Shown here piece after piece: positions 1 through 10,698 of a DNA stretch of 64,000 nt. The stretch's first letter is position 1, and each line of letters begins with the position of its first letter. The stretch is from Trypanosoma brucei (lineage: Eukaryota): positions 1,216,001-1,280,000 of the forward strand of contig CM000208.1 of NCBI GenBank assembly GCA_000002445.1. Reading direction: 5' to 3'. Both the position numbers and the translations under genes were made by a program. Below the pieces are notes generated by a model, which was not told the DNA's origin, searched no databases, and worked only from the letters and a program-made list of their open reading frames with translations.

Positions 1-401
1 ACACTAAACTTTTTGGGACACCCCATGTTTACGTCGATGCCATCCACGTCGTCTACGCATAGCAGCGCTGCACGCGCACCAATGGCCGGTTCGGCCACAC
101 CCAACTGCAGCACAACCGGCGCCCCCTCCCCTTGCGAGTTGCATCCACCACGCGCCACTGTAGCGAAGGCAATGCTTCGCTTGAACTTATTCTTATATGG
201 TTCATACGAAACAAACTCAACCATGGAACAGGGGCAGCCAGTGTACGTACGGACCTCCCGCTTGCAGCGAATCAGTTTGGAGGCCACCACCTCCTCAGAA
301 AACACAATGTCAGCCCCCTGCGCTGCACAGAAAACTCGGAAACCGACGGTCCCAACACGCACCATTGGGGCAAGAATTGTTTTCCCATTGAAAATGGACA
401 T
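1..401 (-). CDS. tRNA-dihydrouridine synthase (Dus2-like), 5' part of gene; CDS continues beyond left window edge
   Basis: Minus-strand frame, ATG at plus coords 399-401, translates MSIFNGKTILAPMVRVGTVGFRVFCAAQGADIVFSEEVVASKLIRCKREV...GIDVNMGCPKKFS with no stop to position 1. The LAPMVRVGT and DxNxGCPxK motifs are diagnostic of the Dus family (TIM-barrel FMN enzymes), and the N-terminus aligns closely with human DUS2. The ORF track missed it because it is truncated by the window edge; the listed plus-strand ORF 13..450 is its antisense. Confidence 0.75.
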   Translation of the reverse strand, partial: MSIFNGKTILAPMVRVGTVGFRVFCAAQGADIVFSEEVVASKLIRCKREVRTYTGCPCSMVEFVSYEPYKNKFKRSIAFATVARGGCNSQGEGAPVVLQLGVAEPAIGARAALLCVDDVDGIDVNMGCPKKFS

Positions 402-616
402 CCCTCCTCGATCACAACGGCCCCGGACCGTTTCACAAACCCCCTACTGAAAGAGGAATGCGAAACTCAGCGCAGAGGGAGCAACTTGCGGCCTTCAAAT
501 ATCAAGGGAACACAAATCAGGGTAAAGGAAAGGGCAAGGCAAGGGAGGGAATAATAACGTAAACACAGTAAAATTCCGCTGACGAGGGAAGCGGAAAAGC
601 ACGTAAGCAAAAAAAG

Positions 617-637
617 ATATATATATATATATTATAT
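617..637. repeat. (AT)n microsatellite
   Basis: atatatatatatatat followed by tatatg, read directly from the sequence; intergenic between the Dus-like and COX5b-like genes. Confidence 0.8.
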
Positions 638-958
638 GTACAGCTAGCTGACCTTGCTGCCGTTGAGGCTAAGGGTTAAAGGAAAAAATGGTTGTTAAAA
701 CTAAACGGTAGACGAAGAGATACTAGTAGATAACGCGCGTTCACAAGAAAAAAACCCAGGTGGATTCCACAATTATTACCAGTGAACACAGCCCGAAGGA
801 CCGCCACGGAACAAAAACATATAATTAAATGACTATCCCCTACCATACATCTAGACACCCAGTTGCTAATTGCTCTTCTGTGAAGAGAAAAAAAAAATGC
901 ACATTGTCACCTTCCGCTCCATCCCCCCCCCCCATTCCCTATGTTGCCTATTCGATAT

Positions 959-1633
959 CTACTCCGCGTTCAGGTACACCGCGAACTCATGAAAGTCTCG
1001 GTCAAACTCCGCCTCGATCTCCGCAAAGGTGTACGCCGGGCCTTCATCGGCTGCCGGCTCATCTGTCCAGTCAGGGTGCATGACTAACCACGGACGGTTG
1101 TGAATGTAAAACCACTGCTGGCACATTGGGCACTTGTTCTTGCTGTACCCTTTCATCATCATGTAGTAGGTCGACTGTGGCACATGAGGAGCACAATTTC
1201 CAAAGCACATCACGATCTGCTGATCTCCAGGATTGCCCACAGCCTCTACACGGATAGGGCGTTCTTCGCTTCCAATTGGAGGTTCGTATAGGTGGTTCAC
1301 GGCAACGTAGGGTCGTTCGTTCCACTCCTCTCGGTCGTGCTCCTCGAGGATAAGAGTATCATCCGCCTCGAACAAGTGCCAAACCTTCGCGGGCTCCTGC
1401 CAGTAGAGACGCCCGGACCCCGTTACAACATCATCATAAACGGGGAGCGCTTGGTCCATCAGTTTGCTCATAAAGGGACTCTTACGCCATGTGTCGGGTG
1501 GCTGCTGGAACTCATTAAGGTTATGCGGCTGGACTGGGTACGGTTTGTCTTGATACGGTGTAGGTCCAGTGTTACCGCCGGAGAGAGCCGTTCTGGTGGC
1601 AGCAAGAAACGAAACCGAAGATTTGCGTAACAT
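959..1633 (-). CDS. COX5b-like zinc-finger protein (probable mitochondrial cytochrome c oxidase subunit Vb family), about 224 aa
   Basis: The ORF-track start at 1642 is GTG; the first ATG is at 1631-1633 (MLRKSSVSFLAATRTALS, presequence-like). The C-terminal IVMCFGNCAPHV...KGYSKNKCPMCQQWFYI matches the COX5b zinc-ribbon pattern (IVGCxCEE...HKGE..RCPxCGxxYKL), with two Cys pairs about 20 residues apart. The family call is tentative. Confidence 0.45.
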   Translation of the reverse strand: MLRKSSVSFLAATRTALSGGNTGPTPYQDKPYPVQPHNLNEFQQPPDTWRKSPFMSKLMDQALPVYDDVVTGSGRLYWQEPAKVWHLFEADDTLILEEHDREEWNERPYVAVNHLYEPPIGSEERPIRVEAVGNPGDQQIVMCFGNCAPHVPQSTYYMMMKGYSKNKCPMCQQWFYIHNRPWLVMHPDWTDEPAADEGPAYTFAEIEAEFDRDFHEFAVYLNAE

Positions 1634-1968
1634 GTCAGCCACACAACACTTTCTTTTATGCTTATTAACCTATTTATTTCTTGCGAAGACCACACAAGGT
1701 GCAGTGAACAGGAAATAGTGAATGAAAAAGGAAGAATTTAAGCCATTGAGTGGGAAGAGGGTGGTACATAGGGGTGGCATGCGCCCACTGCACGCCGCAC
1801 CCCACACGAATAATTGGCATCCGAACGTACGCTAACACTACCACTTCTGCTTCCCATTCACACCACTATATGTGTAAAGGGCCATAATCGAATGTTCCCG
1901 CTATGAAAATCAAATGCCGGTTAAAAGAAAAGCTCGGGAAAGCAAAAGTGGATGAGCAAGCATATTCG

Positions 1969-1987
1969 AGTGTGTGTGTGTGTGTGA
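1969..1987. repeat. (GT)n microsatellite
   Basis: A gtgtgtgtgtgtgtgtgtg run in intergenic/UTR sequence. Confidence 0.8.
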
Positions 1988-2632
1988 ATGTTAGCCAGAG
2001 TGAGGAGATGTAAGAAGGAAAAAAGACAAGGACTGGGGGGAAGCACTACTCTATTGGTCGCTCCTATATCCACAGTACATAAAAATGATAAAGCGAAGAG
2101 TCAAGACAAACAGAGGGAGAAACCAGTAAACATCAGAGGAGGGCCGATTGAGGCCTCTTGTTTCCCTTTTGCTTTCATTCAAGTATTTTGCTGATGTTGC
2201 CTACTTTACTTTTCGCGGAAACCGTTGGAGGTAAAGTGCGCTAACACTGGAGATTGTGTGTTTACAACATTTGTAGAACACGCTAAACTGCTGTTGATTT
2301 TCTCCACAATCTGAATAGTAAACAAGAGAAAACGGCGTGTACGCGTGTGTGCAGATAAAAAATATTGATGAAAGATTGAACAATGGAAAATGCTTTATGC
2401 GAAGCCGTTTTCACACTGCAATCCCCTGTGTATCAGTATACACTCATAAGCGGGACCATATACATAATTGTATGTTACACAGTATGCATACACAGGTCGT
2501 TTCACGCAGGGCGGATAATCGTGCGGCTCACGGGCTTCTTCGTTCAAAAAGTGGCTCACGCATACGCGACGGTGGTGGGAAGGGGAAGAAAATGGGGAGG
2601 CACCTGTACTTAGTATTTCATAATTATTGGAT

Positions 2633-3538
2633 CTACGCCCTGCCAAATGCCTGCAACATACCGAGGCTTGTTGTGTTGTCATTAGCAATCCTTATCTGGC
2701 CACCCCCGCCACCACCACCTACTCTACCACTCACACGGGAACCAAAGCCCTCACATCGGTTTCCAAATGTGTTTCCGTGCGATGGCCGTGAAGAGGCGCT
2801 GTGAGAGCTTGCCTGCGTCCCCGAAAAGGTGATTCCCATGGGATTTGCTGTTCGCTGCTGTCGCTGCTGCGCCCCTCGTTGCTGCCTCGCGATCGCGGGT
2901 GGGGCACGCGGCTGCCTATTATTTGGACAGGGTTCCTTGGCGCACGGCTCCCCCCACATAGCAGCACTGGTCTGACGCGCCTGTCGTGCCGCGCGCATTG
3001 CCTCAATGAACTCACGGTGTTGTTCACGCCAGCGCGTGCGCGGCACACCCGGAGCAGGTGAAGAAGCACCGGGCGCTGCCTTCTTCCTCCCCTTTGCGGA
3101 AGGCGCACCGAAACAGCCGCCACTGTATTGGCCCTCAATCGCCCGCTGCTTGCTGCTATCAAACACCTTGCGCTTGACGTTGCCCTTGCAGACGCTCTCG
3201 TGATAAGCAATCCGATCAAACAGGAATTTCCTACCACAGCGAGAACATGGGTGTAAATTCATATTTCCCTCCGGGTGCTCGGATCCGTTGGCAAAAGGAT
3301 CGTGCTCGTTTAGCGTTCTTGCACCATTTGCGCCATTGCCACAGGCAACACCACCAGCACTACTTTTCGTTCCCTTATGAGGCGTCGGACTTATATTTGG
3401 CATGACTGGCATAGGCCCATTGGGGTTGAGTTTCCAGCGCTTGAGGGCTTTCTGGTAGCATTGTGGTACGTGTATACCCAGGGAAGCCGATCCGAACCCC
3501 TGTTGACACAAGGGGCAAATGCGAAAGAGAGGCGGCAT
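2633..3538 (-). CDS. C2HC-type zinc finger protein (two zf-C2HC_2 motifs), about 301 aa
   Basis: The track start is GTG; the first ATG is at 3536-3538 (MPPLFRICPLCQQGFGSASLGIHVPQC). There are two CPxC...H...C modules (CPLCQQGF..HVPQC and CSRCGRKF..HESVC), typical of the ZC2HC1/FAM164-type C2HC finger. The C-terminal half is low complexity (Q/R/G-rich, G9 run). Confidence 0.6.
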   Translation of the reverse strand: MPPLFRICPLCQQGFGSASLGIHVPQCYQKALKRWKLNPNGPMPVMPNISPTPHKGTKSSAGGVACGNGANGARTLNEHDPFANGSEHPEGNMNLHPCSRCGRKFLFDRIAYHESVCKGNVKRKVFDSSKQRAIEGQYSGGCFGAPSAKGRKKAAPGASSPAPGVPRTRWREQHREFIEAMRAARQARQTSAAMWGEPCAKEPCPNNRQPRAPPAIARQQRGAQQRQQRTANPMGITFSGTQASSHSASSRPSHGNTFGNRCEGFGSRVSGRVGGGGGGGQIRIANDNTTSLGMLQAFGRA

Positions 3539-4243
3539 TGTGCACACAAGAAAAAAACAAGGACGGAATATGAAACTGTAACTAGTAAAGCGAATGACAG
3601 TTGTATACTTGTACAGAACCTTCTGATCTCCTTTGCTGGTGGCTGCTCACCAGACGAAACAAGGGACTGGGAAAAGACAACGAATGAAGAGTAAAAGAAC
3701 ATCTGCTTTCTCATGGCCGTCCCTACAAAACAAAAAAAAAACACGGCGGAGGGCAGGGAGAAGTAGCTTCAGGTTCATGTTATCTCGGCGACACAGAGAG
3801 GCGGTAAGCACAATCAATGACAAAATCATTATAATCCCCTCCTCCCTCCCTCCCTCCATCAGCCCCCGGAGAGGCTCACAATAGTGTTTAAGAGTTTCTC
3901 AGAACCATTTTCATTGCCTGCAGCACATACCACATCTTTAAAATGTCTACCTTCCAACACTCAACGCACTGGAAAACGAAGCCTCACCTCATGAGTAAAC
4001 AACAAAGTAAAGTCCCGCTCCATAATACAAACCCACTGCACATTCCTTCACACGCCCCGCCTTCCATAGGAGTTTCGTTTGCAGCCAGTAACCCCCAAGA
4101 AGAGATAGGACAACGAAGAAATAGCGGGAACCCATAAGTACGTTTGGGTGTGCATGCATAAACTCGTGACATTTGAGTGGCGTGGTAATAGTTTTCTTAT
4201 TAAGGGGATAGCTGACCTCCGAAGAGGAGACGGCACCGAGTCA

Positions 4244-5743
4244 TCACCTATAGTGAAATGTTTGCTTTTGCCGGCGCGAACGAGGGTCAACCGTGAAAGA
4301 AAATCCTGAGGGCATCCCGCCTTCGCCACAGCCGCCCTGAAACATCATGTTCATCATCTGAAAAATGTCGGCTTGACGTGCCGGAAAGTCACTCGTACCC
4401 CCAGGACTAGATGCATCATCAAGTTGCCCTGAGTCATACAACCTTTTCTTCTGGGGATCTGAGAGAATGGAAAACGCCTCACCTACTTCCTTGAACATCT
4501 TCTCTGCGTGAGCCTTTTCCTCCTCGGTCGCGTGGGCCCACTTATCCGGGTGCCACTGCAAACAACCCTTCTTGTATGCACGTTTAATGGAGGAGTCATC
4601 CGACTCTCCCTGCGGCAGACCCAATATTTTGTAATAGTCCTTCCTTTTTGCTCTCTTGGCACTAATCTTCATTTGCTGCGCCTCACCATTGTACGAAGGG
4701 TCCATCTCTGCCGCCCTTTGGATATCCCTCAGGGCGTCGTCATAGTTCTCGAGGGCCTCGTGGATACGGCTACGACGGGCGTACAACTTCGCACTTTCCG
4801 CGCCGTTTTTGATAGCAAAGTCACAGTCAAGTAAAGCGCTTGAATATTCTTTTAGCTCCATCTTGGCAGCAGCCTGGTTACCCCGTAGAACGGCTGTCAT
4901 TCGAATGTTTGAGGGATCGACTTCTATTGCAGCCTTGTAACAATTAACGGCAGCGGTGAATCGTTTCTCCTTAAAAGCCGCGTTACCCTCGGTCTTTTGA
5001 GACTCCACTGCCCGTATCTTCTTCAAGAGCTCAGTAGCCTTTCGATTGTCGGGATCCAACTCAATCGTGTGACGAAGTATCGACTGTGCGTTATTCAGCC
5101 CGCTTTGCCCACTATAGTAACTGGCGAGTGCCCGAACATAAAGATAGTAGGTATCATCAGCGTGTGCACTGGAAAGAGCCGTCAGCGATCGGATAACCCT
5201 CTCGGGGTACAGTGAAGCTTGAGACTCGCCCAACATAATGCCGACAATGGCACAGTCCGGGAACAGTTGGGCCGCCTTCACTAACTCACGTTCCGCCGCC
5301 AGAAAGTTGCGTTCCTCTAGCAGACGCTGACCAGCTTCAAACCCCCTTTGGCCTTCTTCGGCAGTTCTATGAAGCTCCTGTATCTGCTTTTTGTCTTCCG
5401 GAGACGCGCCACAAGCTTCCAGAACCACGAGGGCTTCCTTTAGTTTTTGCGTCGCTTCCCTAAATCTACCCAGATGACAAAGTGCGTTGTGCAGACGCGA
5501 GTATCCCTTAACAAATGTCTTATCATTGGCGATTGCTGCTTCAGCATCAAGCACTGCCTTCTGATATTCTTTCATTTTTATGTAAGCTGCACTTCTGTTA
5601 GAAAAGAGTGCTGCCTCCTTGGAATTTAACTTAATCGCTTCGGAGTAGAGTTTAACAGCGTTGGCATATGCTTCACTTTTAAACGCCTTGTTTCCTTCCT
5701 CGCGTAGCTCCATCCAAGAAGCAACACCATCATCAGGCTCCAT
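4244..5743 (-). CDS. TPR-repeat DnaJ protein (DNAJC7/TPR2-like co-chaperone), 499 aa
   Basis: ATG start. It has multiple TPR-like repeats (AYxxAIxLxP patterns) through the N-terminal 380 aa. The C-terminal J domain reads DYYKILGLPQGESDDSSIKRAYKKGCLQWHPDKWAH...LYD, with the HPD tripeptide. There is no signal peptide, so a cytosolic TPR-J protein rather than P58IPK. Confidence 0.85.
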   Translation of the reverse strand: MEPDDGVASWMELREEGNKAFKSEAYANAVKLYSEAIKLNSKEAALFSNRSAAYIKMKEYQKAVLDAEAAIANDKTFVKGYSRLHNALCHLGRFREATQKLKEALVVLEACGASPEDKKQIQELHRTAEEGQRGFEAGQRLLEERNFLAAERELVKAAQLFPDCAIVGIMLGESQASLYPERVIRSLTALSSAHADDTYYLYVRALASYYSGQSGLNNAQSILRHTIELDPDNRKATELLKKIRAVESQKTEGNAAFKEKRFTAAVNCYKAAIEVDPSNIRMTAVLRGNQAAAKMELKEYSSALLDCDFAIKNGAESAKLYARRSRIHEALENYDDALRDIQRAAEMDPSYNGEAQQMKISAKRAKRKDYYKILGLPQGESDDSSIKRAYKKGCLQWHPDKWAHATEEEKAHAEKMFKEVGEAFSILSDPQKKRLYDSGQLDDASSPGGTSDFPARQADIFQMMNMMFQGGCGEGGMPSGFSFTVDPRSRRQKQTFHYR

Positions 5744-6585
5744 CTGCTTAAAGAGTACTAGCCCCGAGTCAACAGTTCCACGGATCCTATATGTTAGATT
5801 GCGGGTTCCACCTTGCTATATCCTAATATGCTCCTGAAACCGAAGGGTCCTGTAATGCCTCCGCGGCCTCTGTGACACACCTGAATAACCTCTTGAACAA
5901 CAATGAGAAACAAAACGGAAAAGAATGGGTGGAACCCAGGGAGACTAACTTATATGCACAACCTTTAACAACAACCCCCGATGCAAAGCAAACGTCAAAC
6001 ATCGTTGCGGACCATACCTCTCGTTCTTGTACCTTCCTCCTCCATACACACGCATATACCAAAATGAGGAAAAGTACCGATGATCGATAACCTTTTAGTA
6101 TTTTCCAAATGCGGGGCGGTAAATGTACAGTGACGGTGTCGCCACTGAGAGGAAACTAAAGGAATCCTCCCATACTGAATGGGGCCCTTACGCCACGTAC
6201 AGTATCACCGTCATTAACCGCCCGGGAAGCTCTGCACGACGTTAAAATGTCGTCAACCACTGCTTCGGTTGATGCCCAGTGTGGTCTACATGCAATTACA
6301 AAACACGACACCAATAGCGGCTCTCGCCGCGCTCAGGCACCTCCACAACCGACGGCAGTGCATCAACCACAAACTAGTACCTTAGCACAACCGAACGCAC
6401 AACAATAAACCAGACGACTTGGGGACCCGGCGGTGCAAAACCTGAATGGGGAACTTATGTGGTGCAGAAGTGGGGACTACGAGCTCTTCTGGGTTCAGTT
6501 CCTCTATTACACGTGACAGACAACCATATAAGCACGCAACCTACGATCAAATAGTCCTATATGGCATGCCTCATTAACTGTTGCA

Positions 6586-8700
6586 TTACCTTGTAAAGAA
6601 AATGTCGTGCAAAATCTCCTTCCTCTCCTGGATAACCAAGTCACGACACATATCATTAACAGCAAGCGAAATCCCGAACGTCGTCGCACTGACAGGCCAC
6701 CTCCGTGGCATGCAGCGGCGGAAAGAAGCATAGAATCCAGGTTTTAGACACACACTCTTAGCGTCGACTACGCCAGAAGACGTGAGTTGCTCCACCTGTC
6801 CACGTCGCCTTCCGACATTAATGAAATAGGTAGTGACATGACCGACGAAAGAGGCGAGCACGCCAGCAAAAAGTCGCTGACCGAACGAAGTGCAGTGACA
6901 GTGTTCCTTGAGGAATTCGTAGGTCGCAAAACCGACGCCCCCAACAGGCCCTACACCCATAGCCGCAAAGGTACTCCACTCGCGAAATGATCGCGGAGAT
7001 TGCGCTTTTGCTATATCGTGAAGTAGCCAATAATGTGAATGAAAGTGACGTGGAGTCGTGTGTTTCACTGCTCGGGCGCCCACATGCGCGATAGGGTACA
7101 GCAGAGCCGTTGCCGCCGCCGTCGCCACAGCGCCTGCAACAAAGTTTGTAGCCGGCGTTGGCGTTAGAGAAAATAACAGCCGCTCTGAAGCTGTCTGGCA
7201 TATGTCAAACAGTGAGTAAGTGAGGGCACCATACGAAATAACTCGCATCATTGTGACGTCACCACCGTGGGCTGCAACACCTCTCCAGCAGAGCAAACCA
7301 CTCGACAGGGGACCGTGCCGGCCGGTTGTACGTGAATATAAACGGCCCAAACACACTTGAAACAAGATTTTAAGTTGAAGAAGTGCAGCTGTACATGTTT
7401 GGGCCACACACGCGGCCATCATTCCGCAAACAAGCCCCTCTGGAAGAGACACCAAGTTTCCCCGACGGGAGTATTTCACTACCTCCTCATCGTACTCGCG
7501 CATGCGCCGCTTAACGATATCATTGACAGTAAAAACAGTGCTAACGGCTATGGGGCCTTTAATCCAGTTCATGGAAAGGCCTTTATACCAACCCTGAAGG
7601 AAGCCTTCCTCCTTGTAAATCACACGAAGTGCATGGAAAACACCGCGGTAACGACCTGGCGTCACTTGCATGCGGCGCCGAACAATGTCCAGAGGGTAGG
7701 TAGCGGACTGAGCAACAAGTCCAGCAAAACCACCAGCCACAATCCTCTCATGCACAGAAATGGACTTCTCGGACGAAAGCTCACGCCATCGAACAATATA
7801 GCTCTTCAGAGTCTCGAAGACAGCAAAACTACACCCTGCATAGGGCATAATGCCAATAACAGTAGGAACTAGTCCAGAATATAGCGACCTCCAGCCGTGA
7901 TCGGCCACCAGTGACCTGTAAGCCCGGCAGTAGCTGGGGATCACCCCCTTGTCGAAATTGTGAACAGCAAGTCGCGCCCTCATGAGGTCCAGAGGGTAGG
8001 TGCACGCCGTTGCCGTAGCACCCGAAAGTGAGCCACTCAGGAACCGTATGATAACCATTGTGCCCTCATTCTTTGAAGTACTTGTCCGATCGGCGATCAG
8101 TAAATACTGAAACCCCTCACGATAGTAATCAAACGTTACAAATGTCACGGCGGCATATGGCACAACTCGTATCATCGTTGCGCCATTACCTATCCACAAT
8201 CCAGCTATACCGTGCTTCCTCACTGTTGCCATACCCAGCTTACATGCATTGTAAAGTGAGAAGCGCCGCTGGGAGTCTACTTGGAAGATTATCTTAACCT
8301 TGTCAGCGGGTGCAATTACCGTTTTGCTAACGGCACCAGCGATCCCACCAGCGGCAAACCCTTCTAGGAAACGTACAACTCCCTGGACGACTCGAGCAGC
8401 AGAACTCGGTTCTTCAGTAGCGGAGAACTCGCCGTAATATTGAAATCTTTCGAAGTCGATCTCATATTGTCCTAAGGAGGTAAACCGTTTGTGATGCTCT
8501 TCGCAGAAACGACTCCACTGTGCCTCCGAGAGTCCTCCTTTTCCTTCGTGATCGAAGCACTGTACAAGCTCTCGAATATGTTCAGGCGGAAGGAAAATCA
8601 GTGGGGCCACCTTCTTCACTATGACGTCAGTTGGAATGTACGGTACTCCCGTCGTGGAAGAAGTTGTAGACCGACCTGCATCAACGTCCTTGGCCAGCAT
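6586..8700 (-). CDS. Mitochondrial carrier family protein, unusually long (704 aa) with an N-terminal extension and extra C-terminal membrane half
   Basis: ATG start. The central region shows the three-fold carrier repeats (FLEGFAAGGIAGAVSKTVIAPADKVKIIFQ; PLDLMRARLAV; PLDIVRRRMQV, i.e. the Px[DE]xx[KR] signatures). The N-terminal roughly 100 aa carries a degenerate EF-hand-like loop (FDHEGKGGLSEAQW). The C-terminal roughly 300 aa has further hydrophobic helices with weaker carrier-like motifs. Confidence 0.8.
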   Translation of the reverse strand: MLAKDVDAGRSTTSSTTGVPYIPTDVIVKKVAPLIFLPPEHIRELVQCFDHEGKGGLSEAQWSRFCEEHHKRFTSLGQYEIDFERFQYYGEFSATEEPSSAARVVQGVVRFLEGFAAGGIAGAVSKTVIAPADKVKIIFQVDSQRRFSLYNACKLGMATVRKHGIAGLWIGNGATMIRVVPYAAVTFVTFDYYREGFQYLLIADRTSTSKNEGTMVIIRFLSGSLSGATATACTYPLDLMRARLAVHNFDKGVIPSYCRAYRSLVADHGWRSLYSGLVPTVIGIMPYAGCSFAVFETLKSYIVRWRELSSEKSISVHERIVAGGFAGLVAQSATYPLDIVRRRMQVTPGRYRGVFHALRVIYKEEGFLQGWYKGLSMNWIKGPIAVSTVFTVNDIVKRRMREYDEEVVKYSRRGNLVSLPEGLVCGMMAACVAQTCTAALLQLKILFQVCLGRLYSRTTGRHGPLSSGLLCWRGVAAHGGDVTMMRVISYGALTYSLFDICQTASERLLFSLTPTPATNFVAGAVATAAATALLYPIAHVGARAVKHTTPRHFHSHYWLLHDIAKAQSPRSFREWSTFAAMGVGPVGGVGFATYEFLKEHCHCTSFGQRLFAGVLASFVGHVTTYFINVGRRRGQVEQLTSSGVVDAKSVCLKPGFYASFRRCMPRRWPVSATTFGISLAVNDMCRDLVIQERKEILHDIFFTR

Positions 8701-9156
8701 TCACAGGAAACCAACTAAGGCAGCTACACTGTCCCAGTGCCGACACCGTTGTCTATAACTGGGGTGCCAAACGTCAGGGGAAAAGCGACCAGGGAGTGAA
8801 ATCGCGCACACAACCGAGCGCTTTACGACTTTGGGTGCCGTCGGGAACACTCCTTCCTGATTCAGCTTCAAAAGAAAGAGAAAGAGCATAGGGCGAAAAT
8901 AAAACAGGTGTAAGTCGAAAACATTTAACAACGACCGGTAGTTTTCCCCACCGCATATGCATACATGTATGTGCTCACAGTCGTATAGCAGTCAAGTAAA
9001 CGTAAAATGTACCAACAGAATCACTGCATATTGTGATGTAAGCCTCACACAGAGCAATATATAACCTTGAACCAAGAATACAACCTGACGACACGACCTC
9101 CAGCACATCAGATGCCTGCAGGTACAGCAAAAGAAAAAAGGCTACATCTAGAGAAG

Positions 9157-10497
9157 CTAGTTGATATCTGTTTTGTTCCGCTTCCTTATGTATGAATCGA
9201 GCTCGCCTTTAATGGAACGGAACCCGCACTCGTAATCTTGTCCCTCAAGGCGGTACAGTCGAAGTTGTTCTTCAGCTTCTTCGTACAGCGCCTTTATGCG
9301 TGTCAGCTCCCTTCTTACCACCTTCAGTTCAATATTGTTGGAGTGTTCTTCCTCGGACAACCCCACATAATTTGAGATACCGCGGTTCCAGCAACTTTGC
9401 ATGTTTTCGACGTACGCATCGATCTCCCGCAATGTGGGGACCGCAGAAAGTCCCTGAGGTGATGCCTTGTTAGACCCCAGACGAGGAAGTGACTCCCGTT
9501 TTATCAACAATGGGGGCTCACACTCCTCAATCTTCCTCCAGTAATTTTCATCTATTTGTGACTCAACGGCACCTGGTTCCTCTGTAGTGACGCTCACCTT
9601 CCCCTTCCACCCCCTCCTGGTTGGTTTAGGAAGCCTCTTTTTCGGTTCAAAAGGAGCTAATATGTGTTGAGTTACTGGGTCAAAAAAACTATTAACCCAG
9701 TCCATTTGGGGAAACATTGACATAAACTGACCAATTAACTGAGAAGTTGTTAAAATAACTCCCTCGTCTGACTTACTAAAGGGCATAGTCCCCTGGCATT
9801 TGTTTTCCATGTGAACGACTGCTACAGCTGATTTTCGAGGTGTTTCTGTCGTAAATACAGGAAAAATAAGGAGACTTGAAGTGACACGCGATGAATCAAC
9901 CGTATACTGATTAAGGGCAATCCCGCTACCCAAAACTTCCGCGTCCACAGAGCCTAGGCATCTGTGATGAACCAACTGGGGGGGAAATGCAAGCCTGGCC
10001 GCGCAGTTTGCTATGGAAATCATCTCATCATCTTTGCGAATAAATATATGAGATGAGGATGCTTTCGAAATTCTTGTCGCGCCTTCAAGGATATTATACA
10101 ACGTAGCAGCTATGTACTTTGATACCTCCTTCGATATTTGAAGAGGTCCGCCAGGTACCTTCTCCCTTGGAATGCGATACGCCGTTACACTTGAAGGTTT
10201 GGTAATTACAACCTTCTTCCCTTCGTTAGAACGACGTTGCCCGGGTGTTTGCCTTCCCTCGTTAACTAGCTCAGGTAACCCGTCAGCGCGTTTGGGTCGT
10301 TCCTTCTCCGTGATATCACCAGTCATAGTCCGACCACTCTCCCGTAATGCCGATTCTATCGGCCCTATAGCGTCACGGATTCTATCAGGTAGCGGTCCCA
10401 CTTGGTGATGAAATTCCGGGCGTGTCCTTGCAAAGGTATCAAGCATTTCAGCTATTAGTTTCAGTTCATCAATCTGTTCACGATGAGGAAAGGCCAT
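9157..10497 (-). CDS. Hypothetical protein with a central GAF-like region (about 447 aa)
   Basis: A long minus-strand ORF. The track start (10617, ATG, MSDSNCYCRCRYIYV...) runs through TA-repeat and poly-A sequence. The likely start is the second ATG at 10495-10497 (MAFPHREQIDELK...). No strong family signature was recognised; the central segment is GAF-like (weak). Confidence 0.5.
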   Translation of the reverse strand: MAFPHREQIDELKLIAEMLDTFARTRPEFHHQVGPLPDRIRDAIGPIESALRESGRTMTGDITEKERPKRADGLPELVNEGRQTPGQRRSNEGKKVVITKPSSVTAYRIPREKVPGGPLQISKEVSKYIAATLYNILEGATRISKASSSHIFIRKDDEMISIANCAARLAFPPQLVHHRCLGSVDAEVLGSGIALNQYTVDSSRVTSSLLIFPVFTTETPRKSAVAVVHMENKCQGTMPFSKSDEGVILTTSQLIGQFMSMFPQMDWVNSFFDPVTQHILAPFEPKKRLPKPTRRGWKGKVSVTTEEPGAVESQIDENYWRKIEECEPPLLIKRESLPRLGSNKASPQGLSAVPTLREIDAYVENMQSCWNRGISNYVGLSEEEHSNNIELKVVRRELTRIKALYEEAEEQLRLYRLEGQDYECGFRSIKGELDSYIRKRNKTDIN

Positions 10498-10698
10498 CCT
10501 TTTTTTTTTGTCCTCAGTTAGTAAATACGACCTAGTTACTTTCGATATCGTAGCAAATAAAAAACGTATATGTACGTATATATAGCGGCAACGACAATAG
10601 CAATTAGAATCGCTCATTGGAACGGCAACGACAGACCCTGTATAAAGATGATAATTTTCATCGTATACACAAATTCAACGTACATTTAAAAAAAATGA

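Noticed and set aside
13-450. Plus-strand 145-aa ORF at the left edge
   Set aside because: It is the antisense strand of the Dus-like gene; its amino-acid sequence is Pro/Ser/Thr-rich with no motif, whereas the minus strand gives a clean Dus alignment.
2337-2804. 155-aa plus-strand ORF overlapping the C2HC zinc-finger gene
   Set aside because: Antisense to a gene with clear zinc-finger motifs. It includes a P7 run from the poly-G of the opposite strand, so it is a compositional artefact.
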